Positions 20,664 to 30,387 of a stretch of 64,000 bases of DNA are shown one piece after another. The notes below the pieces were generated by a model. It saw only the letters and a list, made by a program, of their open reading frames with translations, did not search any database and had not been told where the DNA came from. Source of the DNA: Thermodesulfobacteriota bacterium (GTDB lineage Bacteria; Desulfobacterota; Binatia; Bin18). Numbering within the stretch: position 1 is the first letter of the stretch; each line of letters starts with the position of its first letter. Made by a program: the position numbers and the translations under genes. The stretch covers positions 2,944,001 through 3,008,000 of the forward strand of contig OZ219926.1 in assembly GCA_964291405.2 (NCBI GenBank). Direction: 5' to 3'.

Positions 20664-21410
20664 CTACCCGCCGTTTATCACAGCTTGTTCGGATACCACC
20701 CACTCCGGCTCTTCCTCATCGGGCGGGTAGCGCCGGAGAATCTGATGCGGGCGATACTGCGCCTTGTAGGCCATGGAGGCGCTGCCCGCCACCCAATAGC
20801 CCAGATAGTGGTAACGCAGTCCCCGCTGCCGCGCGTAGGCGGCCTGACGCAAAATCGAAAAGACTCCGGGCGCGTGGGGCCGCCAGGCCGGGTCATGAAA
20901 GAAATAGATGCTCGATAGCGCCTCGTGTGTCACGTCCGCCAGACCCACCCCAACGAGACGCTCCTGGTCGTAGTACAGAAATTCTCGGGCAAAGCTCCAG
21001 TTTCCCAAGAGAAAGCTGCGGAAATACGCGCGTTCATGGGTTGTCTGGGAGGGCCAGCCGCGCTCGGCGTGCATATACGCATGGTAGGCGTTAAAGAGCC
21101 GAATGTGTTCAGAGGTCAGGGTCGGTTTTTGTACCACGACCCGAATCTCTACATTGCGACGCAGAGTGCGTTTCTGACTGCGAGACAGTCGAAAGTCGTC
21201 CAGCGGCAGACGGAGACTCCGGCACTGGACACACTGCGGGCAGGCGGGCCGAAAGAATTCACAGCCAAAGCGCCGCCAGCCGCGTCTGAGGAGTTCATTA
21301 TACTGTTGGGGTGTCAGGTCGCGGATAATGCGATAGGTCAGAGAGGCCGTTTCCGTCGGCAGATACAGACAGTGATAGGGAGGCGTGGAAAAGCGTTGCA
21401 GCTCGTCAAT
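20664..21410 (-). CDS. Arginyl/leucyl-tRNA-protein transferase (Ate/Bpt family)
   Basis: The frame stays open upstream of the track ORF: PYHCLYLP...GWRRFG...FRPACPQCVQCRSLR...LSRSQKR; C-terminal YLGYWV...MAYKAQYRP. The start appears to be ATT at 21410. Confidence 0.85.
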   Translation of the reverse strand: MDELQRFSTPPYHCLYLPTETASLTYRIIRDLTPQQYNELLRRGWRRFGCEFFRPACPQCVQCRSLRLPLDDFRLSRSQKRTLRRNVEIRVVVQKPTLTSEHIRLFNAYHAYMHAERGWPSQTTHERAYFRSFLLGNWSFAREFLYYDQERLVGVGLADVTHEALSSIYFFHDPAWRPHAPGVFSILRQAAYARQRGLRYHYLGYWVAGSASMAYKAQYRPHQILRRYPPDEEEPEWVVSEQAVINGG

Positions 21411-21470
21411 ACCGCGCGCCCAATGTGTAGGAGACGTTTTCAGCTTTCCTACCTGTAAGAATTTGCCGGC

Positions 21471-21803
21471 TTAATTCTCCAAGCGGGTGAAGCACTTCAC
21501 CCCGATCATTTCCATGATTTTACATTCAAGGACGCGGGTCTGGTTGCTGGGTGGGATCTGAATGACATAGGTTTCGCCCCCGGAGCACTCGGCATTCCAG
21601 TAGGCGGCCTGATTTTCTTTATCCGTACCTTGCAGAAACGAACGCGAGACCTCGGCGCACGGTTTGCCGCTCGTCTGCAAAATGCCCGCCAGCGTTGTGG
21701 CGCGTTCGGCCTTACTCTGGCTGAGTAAGAGTTGATGGCCTTCATTGGCAAAGGCGGGTACCGCAAGAACCAGACCGAGCAGGCATATCCATACTGTCTT
21801 CAT
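21471..21803 (-). CDS. Hypothetical secreted protein with 4 Cys in the mature part
   Basis: Signal peptide MKTVWICLLGLVLAVPAFA; GGAG RBS. Confidence 0.7.
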   Translation of the reverse strand: MKTVWICLLGLVLAVPAFANEGHQLLLSQSKAERATTLAGILQTSGKPCAEVSRSFLQGTDKENQAAYWNAECSGGETYVIQIPPSNQTRVLECKIMEMIGVKCFTRLEN

Positions 21804-21872
21804 GACTTCGACTCCAATCCTATTGATACCCTCTATATAAAAGATCGACACCTCAAAGAGGAAACGGGTCAA

Positions 21873-22196
21873 TTACGCTGTCCGGTCCTCTTGGTGCACA
21901 CTCTGATGTATTCTCACTTCCCGCTCAAGCCGTTTCGCTAGTTTATCGCTTGCTATATCCAGCTCATAATCAAGCTGGAGCCCGAGCCAAAACTGAGCGG
22001 ACATTCCAAAATACCGGGCGAGTCGAAGGGCAGTATCGGCAGTCACCCCACGTTTTCCAAGGACGATTTCGTTAATACGCCGGGCGGGAACGCCAATGTC
22101 TAAAGCTAATCGATTCTGGCTCAGGCCCATCGGCTTCAGAAACTCTTCCTGTAACACTTCCCCAGGGTGAGCAGGCTGCAATTTCCTCTTGCTCAT
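21873..22196 (-). CDS. higA: HigA-family antitoxin (orphan)
   Basis: HPGEVLQEEFLKPMGLSQ...RINEIV.GKRGVTADTALRLARYFG..AQFWLGLQ. Confidence 0.9.
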   Translation of the reverse strand: MSKRKLQPAHPGEVLQEEFLKPMGLSQNRLALDIGVPARRINEIVLGKRGVTADTALRLARYFGMSAQFWLGLQLDYELDIASDKLAKRLEREVRIHQSVHQEDRTA

Positions 22197-22364
22197 TGTC
22201 ATATGCTCCCTCGCGGCAAGCGTCATAATATATGCTCAGAAAACATGCAGAAAGGTCTCAACACAGACGAGAGGCGATATGTCCTGTCCGCTCATCCTTG
22301 CGGGTCAGGGGCACAAGGGCTAGGCTAGGCCGCGCAAGATACGACCCGATTGGGGTGAGAAGAC

Positions 22365-23210
22365 ATGAAAAATATAAGCACAACACTGACTCGACGCGAA
22401 TTTGTGGTGTCCACCTTAGCCACGGGCTTTGCCCTGGCCGTTCGTCCGGTTTCGGCCCAAACGATAACCACCGATACCAGTGGCCTGGAAGCCGCGGAGG
22501 TCCAGATACCGGTGGGCGATATCACTATTCCCGCCTACCAGGCGTACCCCCAAACCGGCGGGCCCTTCCCGGTCGTGCTGGTCGTTCAGGAAATCTTTGG
22601 TGTGCACGAGCATATCAAAGACATATGCCGCCGCTTCGCCAAGCAGGGCTATCTCGCGGTTGCGCCGGAACTCTACGCCAGGCAGGGCGATGTGTCGCAG
22701 ATGACGGATATCGGTGAGATTATTCGGACGGTGGTGGCCAAGGTTCCGGATGCGCAGGTCATGTCCGACCTGGATGCAACCGTAGCCTGGGTCAAGTCGT
22801 CCGGCACCGGCGACGTGGCCAGACTCGGTATCACCGGCTTTTGCTGGGGCGGGCGTATCGTGTGGATGTATGCCGCCCACAGTCCGCAGGTCAAAGCCGG
22901 AGCGGCCTGGTATGGGCGTCTGGTCGGGCAGGCATCCGACCTCACCCCAAGCCATCCGGTCGATATTGCCGCGCAGCTCCACGCTCCGGTGCTCGGTTTG
23001 TACGGCGCCGCCGATAGCGGTATTCCAAACGAAACGGTCGAACAGATGCGCGCCGCGTTACAGGCGGCGGAAAGCCCCTCCGAGATTATTCTGTATCCCG
23101 ATACGCCCCACGGTTTTCACGCCGACTATCGGGCCAGCTATCGTCAGGAAACGGCCCGGGACGGCTGGCAACGTCTCCTGGCCTGGTTCAAAAGCAACGG
23201 GGTAGCCTAA
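22365..23210 (+). CDS. Dienelactone hydrolase family protein with Tat signal
   Basis: TRREFV Tat motif; [22 protein letters not shown]. Confidence 0.92.
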   Translation: MKNISTTLTRREFVVSTLATGFALAVRPVSAQTITTDTSGLEAAEVQIPVGDITIPAYQAYPQTGGPFPVVLVVQEIFGVHEHIKDICRRFAKQGYLAVAPELYARQGDVSQMTDIGEIIRTVVAKVPDAQVMSDLDATVAWVKSSGTGDVARLGITGFCWGGRIVWMYAAHSPQVKAGAAWYGRLVGQASDLTPSHPVDIAAQLHAPVLGLYGAADSGIPNETVEQMRAALQAAESPSEIILYPDTPHGFHADYRASYRQETARDGWQRLLAWFKSNGVA

Positions 23211-23266
23211 GAGCATCCGAACACAGCGGAGGCGGCCGGGCAGAAGCGGAACGGGACGTGCCGGTT

Positions 23267-23795
23267 CTACCCGGCCTGTGGTTCTATCAGCTCAAGCACG
23301 GCCGGCCACAACTCGCGGTCGTGGACATTATAGCGGTACTCCGCGTCGAGCTTTTCCAAGAGTCGGACGACCTGGGGATATGCCTCACGGTCCCCGTTCC
23401 AGTCGCCGGCCTGTTCGATAATTGCTTCGAGAAAGCCGTGGAGAATCCCCAGAATCCCACCGTGTCCCTGCGTCAGCACCTTGAGGAAAAACGCATGATT
23501 GAGCACAAAGCCCGGCCCCTCAATGAGCCAGCCGATAAATCCGGGCTCCTCTTCTGAGGACTGCTGCCACCAGTGGAGCCAGGCGAACGCCAGCAGCACC
23601 TGTTCCGTATGAGGCAACATATAGAACGTCGCGGCCCAACTCGACGGCAACCCGTCCTCGTGCGACACCTGCGGCAGCCCCGGCTGCGCCTGAGGAGTCG
23701 TGCTCGGCCACCAATTGCCGCCAGTGCTGTCGGGCCTGCGCCAGTAAGGCGTCGGTCCGCGCATGATCGGTCAGACGGGTCAGGAGATAGTGCAT
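23267..23795 (-). pseudogene. Hypothetical protein split by a frameshift
   Basis: The protein-like N-terminus (MHYLLTRL...) and C-terminus (...SWAATFYMLPH...) are in overlapping different frames, switching near 23690. Confidence 0.5.
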
Positions 23796-23837
23796 GGCTC
23801 TTTCCCGACAGGGATGCCACGGTGGATGCCTTGCGTT

Positions 23838-25067
23838 CTAGGCCGAACCCAAAGCGTCCGAGACCCGCTGCAGGGCGGTCTCGACGTTCTCCCGGCTATT
23901 AAACGCGCTCAAGCGCACATAGCCCTCACCGCATTTCCCAAACCCGGCTCCTGGCGTGCAGACCACTCCGGCTTTTTGCAGCAAGCGGTCAAAGAACTCC
24001 CAGGAGTCCGTGTTGGTTTTAATCCACACATAGGGAGAATGCTCTCCGCCAACGCACGCATAACCCAAGCTCGTAATCGCCTCACGGATCAGGGCGGCAT
24101 TGCCGAGGTAGTAGTTGCTCAATTCTCGAATTTGTTTTTTGCCCTCAGGCGAGAAGGCGGCCTCGGCCGCACGCTGCACCGGATAGGAGACGCTGTTGAA
24201 TTTTGTTGACTGGCGCCGGTCCCAGAGCGCGTGGAGCGCATGAGCCGCGCCCTGGGAGTCGTACACCTGGCACTCTCTGGGCACGATGGTGTAGGCGCAG
24301 CGTGTTCCGGTAAAGCCGGCGGTCTTGGACAGACTCCGAAATTCGACCGCAACCTCTTTGGCTCCGTCGATCTCGTAAATGCTCTGCGGCAGGCTGTCGT
24401 CCCGGATAAACTCGACATAGGCCGCGTCATACAGAATGAGGGCTTTGTTCTCCCGCGCGTAGTCCACCCAAAGGCGCAACTGATCTGCGGTAATCATGCT
24501 GCCCGTGGGGTTATTGGGAAAACACAGATAAATGAGGTCAACCGCTTCCTGGGGGAGAGCCGGGATATACCGGTTGTCAGCCGTTGACTCCAGATAGACC
24601 AGCCCCTCATAGCGTCCGTCCCGCCAGGCCGTGGTTCGTCCGGCCATTACATTGGTATCGACATACACCGGGTAGACGGGGTCGGGTACGGCCACACGCG
24701 TGTCCAGGGAAAAAAGCTCCTGAAAATTGCCGGAGTCACACTTCGCGCCGTCACTCACAAAGACTTCGTCGGGCCTCAGCGTCACCCCGCGCGGCTGAAA
24801 ATCTCCGGCCACAATGGCTTCCTGCAAAAAATCATAGCCCAGTTCCGGGCCATAGCCCCGAAAGGTCGTGTCGTCCGCCATCTCATCTACGGCTCGATGA
24901 AAGGCGGTGACGCACGCATCGGGCAGCGCCCGCGTTACATCGCCAATTCCCAACCGAATAATGGCCTGACCCGGATTGTCGGCCTGATAGGCGTTGACCC
25001 GCTTGGCAATATCGGAAAACAGATATGAGGCCTGGAGCTTCAGGTAGTGTTCGTTCATCGTGATCAT
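23838..25067 (-). CDS. dapL: LL-diaminopimelate aminotransferase
   Basis: YLFSDIAKRV, LGIGDVT, VSDGAKCD, PNNPTG, SLSKTAGFTGTRC. Confidence 0.95.
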   Translation of the reverse strand: MITMNEHYLKLQASYLFSDIAKRVNAYQADNPGQAIIRLGIGDVTRALPDACVTAFHRAVDEMADDTTFRGYGPELGYDFLQEAIVAGDFQPRGVTLRPDEVFVSDGAKCDSGNFQELFSLDTRVAVPDPVYPVYVDTNVMAGRTTAWRDGRYEGLVYLESTADNRYIPALPQEAVDLIYLCFPNNPTGSMITADQLRLWVDYARENKALILYDAAYVEFIRDDSLPQSIYEIDGAKEVAVEFRSLSKTAGFTGTRCAYTIVPRECQVYDSQGAAHALHALWDRRQSTKFNSVSYPVQRAAEAAFSPEGKKQIRELSNYYLGNAALIREAITSLGYACVGGEHSPYVWIKTNTDSWEFFDRLLQKAGVVCTPGAGFGKCGEGYVRLSAFNSRENVETALQRVSDALGSA

Positions 25068-25089
25068 GGGGGCTGTCTCCTTCCGGTCC

Positions 25090-26013
25090 TTAGAGTGCGG
25101 GAATGATCTCTTTTGCGCACATCTCCAGATGTTCCATGTCATCAAAAGACGGGTTGAGTAAGAGGTGTTCGGCCCCGGCCCGGACGATCTCGCCGATCTT
25201 ATTGCGGCATTCGTCCAGACTGCCCCAAATGGCGACCTGCGAGGCCATATCCGCATTTTTATACCGGATGCCAAACCACTCCCGTAGCCGCCGTTCCGCG
25301 CGTGCCCGGTCGTTGTCCACCGCGATATAGACCCGCTTGGAGATCGTAAACGTGGCCGGGTCACGATCGGCTTCGTCCAGAAACTGACGGATCAAATTCG
25401 ACTGTCTGATGAAATCCTTGGTTGAGCTTGATCCGGCGCCCATCCAGCCGTCCCCGTGCCGGACGGCGCGGCGGAGCGGTCTTTCCTCGCGCGCGCCAAA
25501 CCAGATAGGCGGGTGAGGTTTTTGCACCGGCTTGGGCTCCATAGCCACATTCTCGAAGTTCCAGAACGTTCCGCTGACCGTGGCCTTGGGCTCTGTCCAC
25601 AGCGCCTTGATGGCTTGAATGCCCTCCACAAAACGCCGGGCACGGAGTTCGCTGGAATAGCCAAAGATGGTCTCCGGAACGTGTCCGCCAACACCCAGAC
25701 CGAAGATGAGCCGGCCCTGACTCATCTGATCCAGGCTCGACAAACTCTTGGCCAGTTGCACCGGGTTGCGCAGTACCGTCAGCAGAACCGAGGTCCCGAG
25801 CCGTGCTTTTGAGGTAATAGCGGCGATATAGTTGAGCAGGGCCACGGGTTCGAGAATGGCAAAGTCACTGACAATACTCTCCTGCACCCACAAGCTTTCG
25901 TAATCGAGGGCTTCGGCGCGCTGAACGAAATCCCGGACGAACGACATATCAACCGGGGTATCGAGAAACACCTGGGGAACGGCAATCCCACACGGAATAG
26001 AGCCTGTAGCCAT
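25090..26013 (-). CDS. LLM-class (flavin/F420) oxidoreductase
   Basis: RNPVQLAKSLSSLDQMSQGRLIFGLGVG, PKPVQKPHPPIWFG. Confidence 0.9.
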   Translation of the reverse strand: MATGSIPCGIAVPQVFLDTPVDMSFVRDFVQRAEALDYESLWVQESIVSDFAILEPVALLNYIAAITSKARLGTSVLLTVLRNPVQLAKSLSSLDQMSQGRLIFGLGVGGHVPETIFGYSSELRARRFVEGIQAIKALWTEPKATVSGTFWNFENVAMEPKPVQKPHPPIWFGAREERPLRRAVRHGDGWMGAGSSSTKDFIRQSNLIRQFLDEADRDPATFTISKRVYIAVDNDRARAERRLREWFGIRYKNADMASQVAIWGSLDECRNKIGEIVRAGAEHLLLNPSFDDMEHLEMCAKEIIPAL

Positions 26014-26032
26014 GTCTTGTCTCCTTACATGA

Positions 26033-26121
26033 GTGGTCGGTTGGGTCCATTGGGTCGGTTGAGTCTTTGGGAGTCTTTGGGACCCAAGAAACCCTATAGA
26101 CCCAAGAAACTCAATAGACTC
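26033..26121. repeat. Degenerate 9-nt (TTGRGTC-core) tandem/inverted repeat
   Basis: ttgggtcca ttgggtcgg ttgagtct... followed by the inverted arm gacccaag...actcaatagactc. Confidence 0.7.
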
Positions 26122-26123
26122 CC

Positions 26124-27236
26124 CTATTTCCCCGCGATTTCGGCACGTACGATCTGCGCGCCTTTGACCATGGCGCGCAGTTTATTATAGGCGCAGAAAC
26201 GGGGCAGGGCGCGCAGACCGCAATCCGTGGTCAGCGTCACCCGCTCCGGCTCGATGAACTGAAGCACCTTGCGGATGCGCTCCGCCACCTGCTCCGGCGT
26301 CTCGACCTGGAGATTGCGCACATCAATCACCCCAACCGCCACTTCCTTGTCTGCGGGCAGATCTTTCAGAATATGCGCGTCTTCCATCTCGCGGACGGCA
26401 AAGTCGAGCACGTACTGTTCGATCCCGGTGTCGTGCAGGTGGGGCAGGATGGAGCCATAGCCCGCCCCGGACGGGAACAGGCCCTGCGAGGCATTCCCCC
26501 AGGCGGCGCCAAAGCAGAAATGCCAGGCGAGCTTGGCCTCCACACTGTCTATGGTTTTGTTGATGACATCCACCACCCAGCCGAAGTCGTCCGGGTTGCC
26601 GCTGAACAGGGGCAGCCACGCCCCCAGGTCTTCCAGTTGGAGGAAGGAGGCCCCGCTTGCCACCATGTCTTTCATCTCGGCATTAAAAATAGGCGCGAGG
26701 GCGTAGGCCAGGTCTTTCTGGGTTTTGTAGTATTCGAGATGAACGTGATAGGTCAGGTTGATCGGTCCCGCGCCCACGCTACACCGCACCGGTTTTTTGG
26801 TATTGCGCTGGGCAATATGGTATAGATCGGCCAACCGCAGCGGCCCGCGTTTGACCTCGTCGGTCACCGCAGTCGCGCCCCAGTCGGTCAGCCAGGCCGC
26901 ATCATTGGATGAGGCATCTCCGCCTTCAACAATCGGGTGACTGTGTTTTGTTGGCACAAAGCCGTGAATGCGCTCATACCAGTACCAGACAAAAGACCCG
27001 ATGCAGCCGCCGTAGTCGTCGAACCACATCTGACCGTCCGTCAGAATATCCAGCCCGGCCTGCTCCTGGTCTTGCAGCACGGTGCGGGTCGCGTCCTCAA
27101 ACGCCTCGGCATGGTTGACGTCCTTGAACGCCTCCCAGATGTCCCGCCCGTGTAACTGATAGGTAAACCAGTGCGGGCGGGGATACGAACCGACCATGGT
27201 CGTGGGTAGGAGCGTATCGACTATGCTATTCAACAT
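26124..27236 (-). CDS. Cobalamin-independent methionine synthase C-terminal (core-MetE-like) protein
   Basis: TTMVGSYPRP, QEQAGLDILTDG, HFCFG, VGVIDV, TDCGL; single barrel of 370 aa. Confidence 0.88.
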   Translation of the reverse strand: MLNSIVDTLLPTTMVGSYPRPHWFTYQLHGRDIWEAFKDVNHAEAFEDATRTVLQDQEQAGLDILTDGQMWFDDYGGCIGSFVWYWYERIHGFVPTKHSHPIVEGGDASSNDAAWLTDWGATAVTDEVKRGPLRLADLYHIAQRNTKKPVRCSVGAGPINLTYHVHLEYYKTQKDLAYALAPIFNAEMKDMVASGASFLQLEDLGAWLPLFSGNPDDFGWVVDVINKTIDSVEAKLAWHFCFGAAWGNASQGLFPSGAGYGSILPHLHDTGIEQYVLDFAVREMEDAHILKDLPADKEVAVGVIDVRNLQVETPEQVAERIRKVLQFIEPERVTLTTDCGLRALPRFCAYNKLRAMVKGAQIVRAEIAGK

Positions 27237-27252
27237 GGCTGCCTTCTCCTTC

Positions 27253-29217
27253 TTATTCGAGTCTGTTGGGTCTCAAAGACCCAACAGACTCTATCCTCTC
27301 CCGCCCCTTTTCCGAGAGCGTCAGCGCCCGCTCCCACACGCCCCGACCGCGAATATAGCCGAGTTGATCGAGGCGGTTGACGATCACGCTCAGCGGCGAG
27401 GCCGCCATGCCGGTGGCCGTACTGAGATCGCGCAAGCTTTTGTCTCCTCCCGCAAGCTGCTCCAGAATCGAGCGGCTGTCCGCGTCCAGACCGGCAAAAC
27501 CGTTCAGAGCCGAAGGCGCGTCGGGCAGGTCTGCGAGTACGCGGTCTCCCTGCGGTGTGAGGCCAAACGTGAAATAATCGAGCCCGCTCCTGCCCCAGCG
27601 CTGGACGAGCCCGGCCCGTTCGAGTTCTTCGATGAGACGATGGCACTCGGCAGAATTGAGCAGGGTGAAATCGCTCAGCTCAACCATGGTCGTATAGCCG
27701 GTTCGAATCAGAACCAGCAGTCGTTCCTGCTCCGGGCTGAGGCGCAGCGTTTGAGGCTGATCCGCAGTAGCGTCGTCCGGCTGCGTCAGCAAAGACAGGC
27801 CGAGCACGGTCGGGAAGGTAATGATGGAGCCAACCACCACCGTATGCATGGTGCCCAGCGGAACGTCCATAAACTTCAGGACTTCGTAGACGAGCATCGA
27901 GACCGTCCCGGCCAACGTTCCCCAAAACGCCCCCGTAGCGGTAATAAAGGCCCAGCGGTGTCCGAGGAGGAGGACACAGGCCGCGGGGCCGAGCATGGCA
28001 CAGCTCACCGCTAGCAGATAATACGGTCCGCCCGGATAAAAGCTCAGCAGCCAGATGGCAAAACCGGTCAGCAGGGTGAGCAGGCGGCTCATCCGCAAGA
28101 CCGCCTCCGGGGAGGCCTCGGGCCGTATAAAGCGCTGGTAGATGTCGCGGGAAAGCGAGGAAGTAATGCCCATATGCGCATTGCTGGTGGTGGAGATGGT
28201 GGCGGCCAGGGCCGCCACCAGACCCAATAAGGCCATCGCCGCGGGGAAGTCTCGCATGAGCAGGCCGTAGGCGCCCATGGGGTTGGCCGGATTTACGGGG
28301 TCCAGAAAAGCGGCGCTGTGGACACTGCCGGCGTACAGACCGAGCACGCCCATGGAAGCGTGGATCACCAGGACGAGCAGGCCGCCAATAATGAACTGCC
28401 AGCGGGCAATCGGTTCGGTCCGTGCGGCCGCGGCGCGCAGCCAATAATAATTGCCGCCCCACTGAATAAAAAAGCCGATGACGAGTGAAACCGTCAGCAC
28501 GCTCGGATAACTCAGCCGAAACCAGGGAAAAGAGCCGAGCACACCGGCTGAGAGGGGTGTGGCGGTCACGAAGCTCGTCTCGATCAACTCCCAGCCGCCA
28601 TAGCTGACAAGACAGTAGACGGCCAGGGCCGGCAGGAAGAGGAAGCCCAACAGGACCTGCACGACGTCGGTCAGCGTCAGCGCCCACATCCCGCCCAGAA
28701 AAATAAACGTCAGGTGCCCGCCCAGGACAATGGTAATCATGAGCCACAGCGGCGCGCCCAGGAAACCCTGCATGATCAAGGCCATGGCCACCACATTCAT
28801 GGCCACCACGCCGGTGACACCCAGCAGGGTGGCAATGCTGACCACGATCCGGGTGCGCGTGTCAAAGCGCATCTCCAGCCACTCGGGGATGGTGTACGCG
28901 CCACAGCGCCGAATATACGGGCCGGCATAGACGCCATACGCAATATAGCCGATCACCAGGGGCAGGCTGCCGCCCAGGATCCAGCCGAGAAAACCGTACT
29001 GTATGGTCAGGCCGGGGACGATGCTGGTCATGCTGCCGGCGAACGCAATGCCGCAAATACTGGCAATCCCCGGAATGAGACTGACCTGCCGGCCGGCCAG
29101 CAAAAAGTCGCCGTCGGTGCGCACCCAGCGTTTGGCATACCAGCCCAGCGCCCAGAGCAGGATAATCAAGGCCAGAACGGAGGCGATAAAGATCGGCATG
29201 GCTCGGTTATTCCGCAA
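27253..29217 (-). CDS. Sodium:solute symporter family protein with two C-terminal winged-helix domains
   Basis: DFLLAGR, YTIPEWLEMRF, GGMWALTLTDVVQ, AATIST, RDIYQR; about 170-aa soluble tail with two wHTH-like repeats. Confidence 0.88.
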   Translation of the reverse strand: MRNNRAMPIFIASVLALIILLWALGWYAKRWVRTDGDFLLAGRQVSLIPGIASICGIAFAGSMTSIVPGLTIQYGFLGWILGGSLPLVIGYIAYGVYAGPYIRRCGAYTIPEWLEMRFDTRTRIVVSIATLLGVTGVVAMNVVAMALIMQGFLGAPLWLMITIVLGGHLTFIFLGGMWALTLTDVVQVLLGFLFLPALAVYCLVSYGGWELIETSFVTATPLSAGVLGSFPWFRLSYPSVLTVSLVIGFFIQWGGNYYWLRAAAARTEPIARWQFIIGGLLVLVIHASMGVLGLYAGSVHSAAFLDPVNPANPMGAYGLLMRDFPAAMALLGLVAALAATISTTSNAHMGITSSLSRDIYQRFIRPEASPEAVLRMSRLLTLLTGFAIWLLSFYPGGPYYLLAVSCAMLGPAACVLLLGHRWAFITATGAFWGTLAGTVSMLVYEVLKFMDVPLGTMHTVVVGSIITFPTVLGLSLLTQPDDATADQPQTLRLSPEQERLLVLIRTGYTTMVELSDFTLLNSAECHRLIEELERAGLVQRWGRSGLDYFTFGLTPQGDRVLADLPDAPSALNGFAGLDADSRSILEQLAGGDKSLRDLSTATGMAASPLSVIVNRLDQLGYIRGRGVWERALTLSEKGRERIESVGSLRPNRLE

Positions 29218-29707
29218 GACCGGGCGGGCGCTCGTAGCGTCCGAACACGAACAACCCCAGAATCTGGAGGGCGTGAATGAGGACCATCAGGCACATGATG
29301 AGGGTGACGAAATCGGACAGGGAGGCGTAGTGCATATAGAAGTAGGACTCAAAACCGGCCACACCCACCAGGCCGAGGGCGGTCGGCAGGTTTTTGGTGC
29401 GCCCCAGAAAGAGACTGAGCCCCAGGAGGATGAGACAATCGAAAAACGGACTGCCAATCCAGAAAAAGGCGGTGAAATTCTTCGTATGCAGGCGGCCGTC
29501 AAGCTCGACAAAACTCGGAATCGCCAAAAAGAACAGGGCGAAGCCGGCCACGATAATATAGGCGGCTATCATCCGCACCGTCCGCTCTATCATCCGGGCG
29601 GCTTTCTCGGGGTCGGTGAGTTCTTCGGTCGATATGCCGGCCAGGAGACGCAGGAGTTTCTCCCCAGGCGTACCGGCCGCGTTTCTCTGTTGTGGGTGCT
29701 CTGCCAT
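29207..29707 (-). CDS. Hypothetical 4-TM membrane protein
   Basis: Four hydrophobic segments; overlaps or abuts the symporter start. Confidence 0.7.
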   Translation of the reverse strand: MAEHPQQRNAAGTPGEKLLRLLAGISTEELTDPEKAARMIERTVRMIAAYIIVAGFALFFLAIPSFVELDGRLHTKNFTAFFWIGSPFFDCLILLGLSLFLGRTKNLPTALGLVGVAGFESYFYMHYASLSDFVTLIMCLMVLIHALQILGLFVFGRYERPPGLAE

Positions 29708-29809
29708 GGCAACAGATTATACGAATAAGATGCTGGCAAGCTTACGCGGTGTTGCGCCGCAAGGCAAATCCGATCCTCCCTTTCATCCTGGTCCGGAACC
29801 CATCACAAT

Positions 29810-29864
29810 AATGAGTAAACGTGCCCTCCAACAGACATGAGAATGCTGGGTACGTTTACTCATT
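29810..29864. repeat. GAGTAAAC-family palindromic element
   Basis: AATGAGTAAACGTGCCC...GGGTACGTTTACTCATT, 17-bp arms with one G-T pair. Confidence 0.8.
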
Positions 29865-29884
29865 CTACACAGGAGGCGCGCGAT

Positions 29885-30268
29885 ATGGTCCTACACTCGT
29901 ATCTGCTCTGGCTTGCTCTGAGTCTCATCCTCGGACTGGTGTTTTCGCCATACACGAGAGCCCAGAACGGTCCCTCCGCCATTCCGGAAGGAAGCGGCAG
30001 CATTATCCAGCCGGTCTCGTGGGAATTGACCAGCGAGAACGCCGCCGACCTGACCGAGCAGGTCCGCGCGGTCGTTCAGCAATTCGAGGGCGCCATCCTG
30101 GTCAAGGATGAGAAAGATATCCTCGTCCTTTCTCTGCCCTCGGAAAAACTCACCGACCTGCATCAAGAGCTGTCCACTCTTGGAACGCTGACGAGTCCGG
30201 AAGCCACCGATGAATACCAGGCACCGACCACCCTGCTTCGACTGAAGCTGGGCTCCGCCTCTGAGTAG
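29885..30268 (+). CDS. Hypothetical exported protein
   Basis: AGGAGG RBS and signal peptide. Confidence 0.65.
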   Translation: MVLHSYLLWLALSLILGLVFSPYTRAQNGPSAIPEGSGSIIQPVSWELTSENAADLTEQVRAVVQQFEGAILVKDEKDILVLSLPSEKLTDLHQELSTLGTLTSPEATDEYQAPTTLLRLKLGSASE

Positions 30269-30387
30269 ATTGGGTCTATGGGGTCTATGGGGTCCGACTC
30301 AACAGACCTTCCCCTTGTCGGGGGCGATGGACACGGCCGCACGGTCGTGGCTATACTCACGGCACTTTTCCGAACGAGGAGTGTACC

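Noticed and set aside
26033-26121. CRISPR array
   Set aside because: The units are 9 nt and degenerate, lack unique spacers, and no cas genes are present
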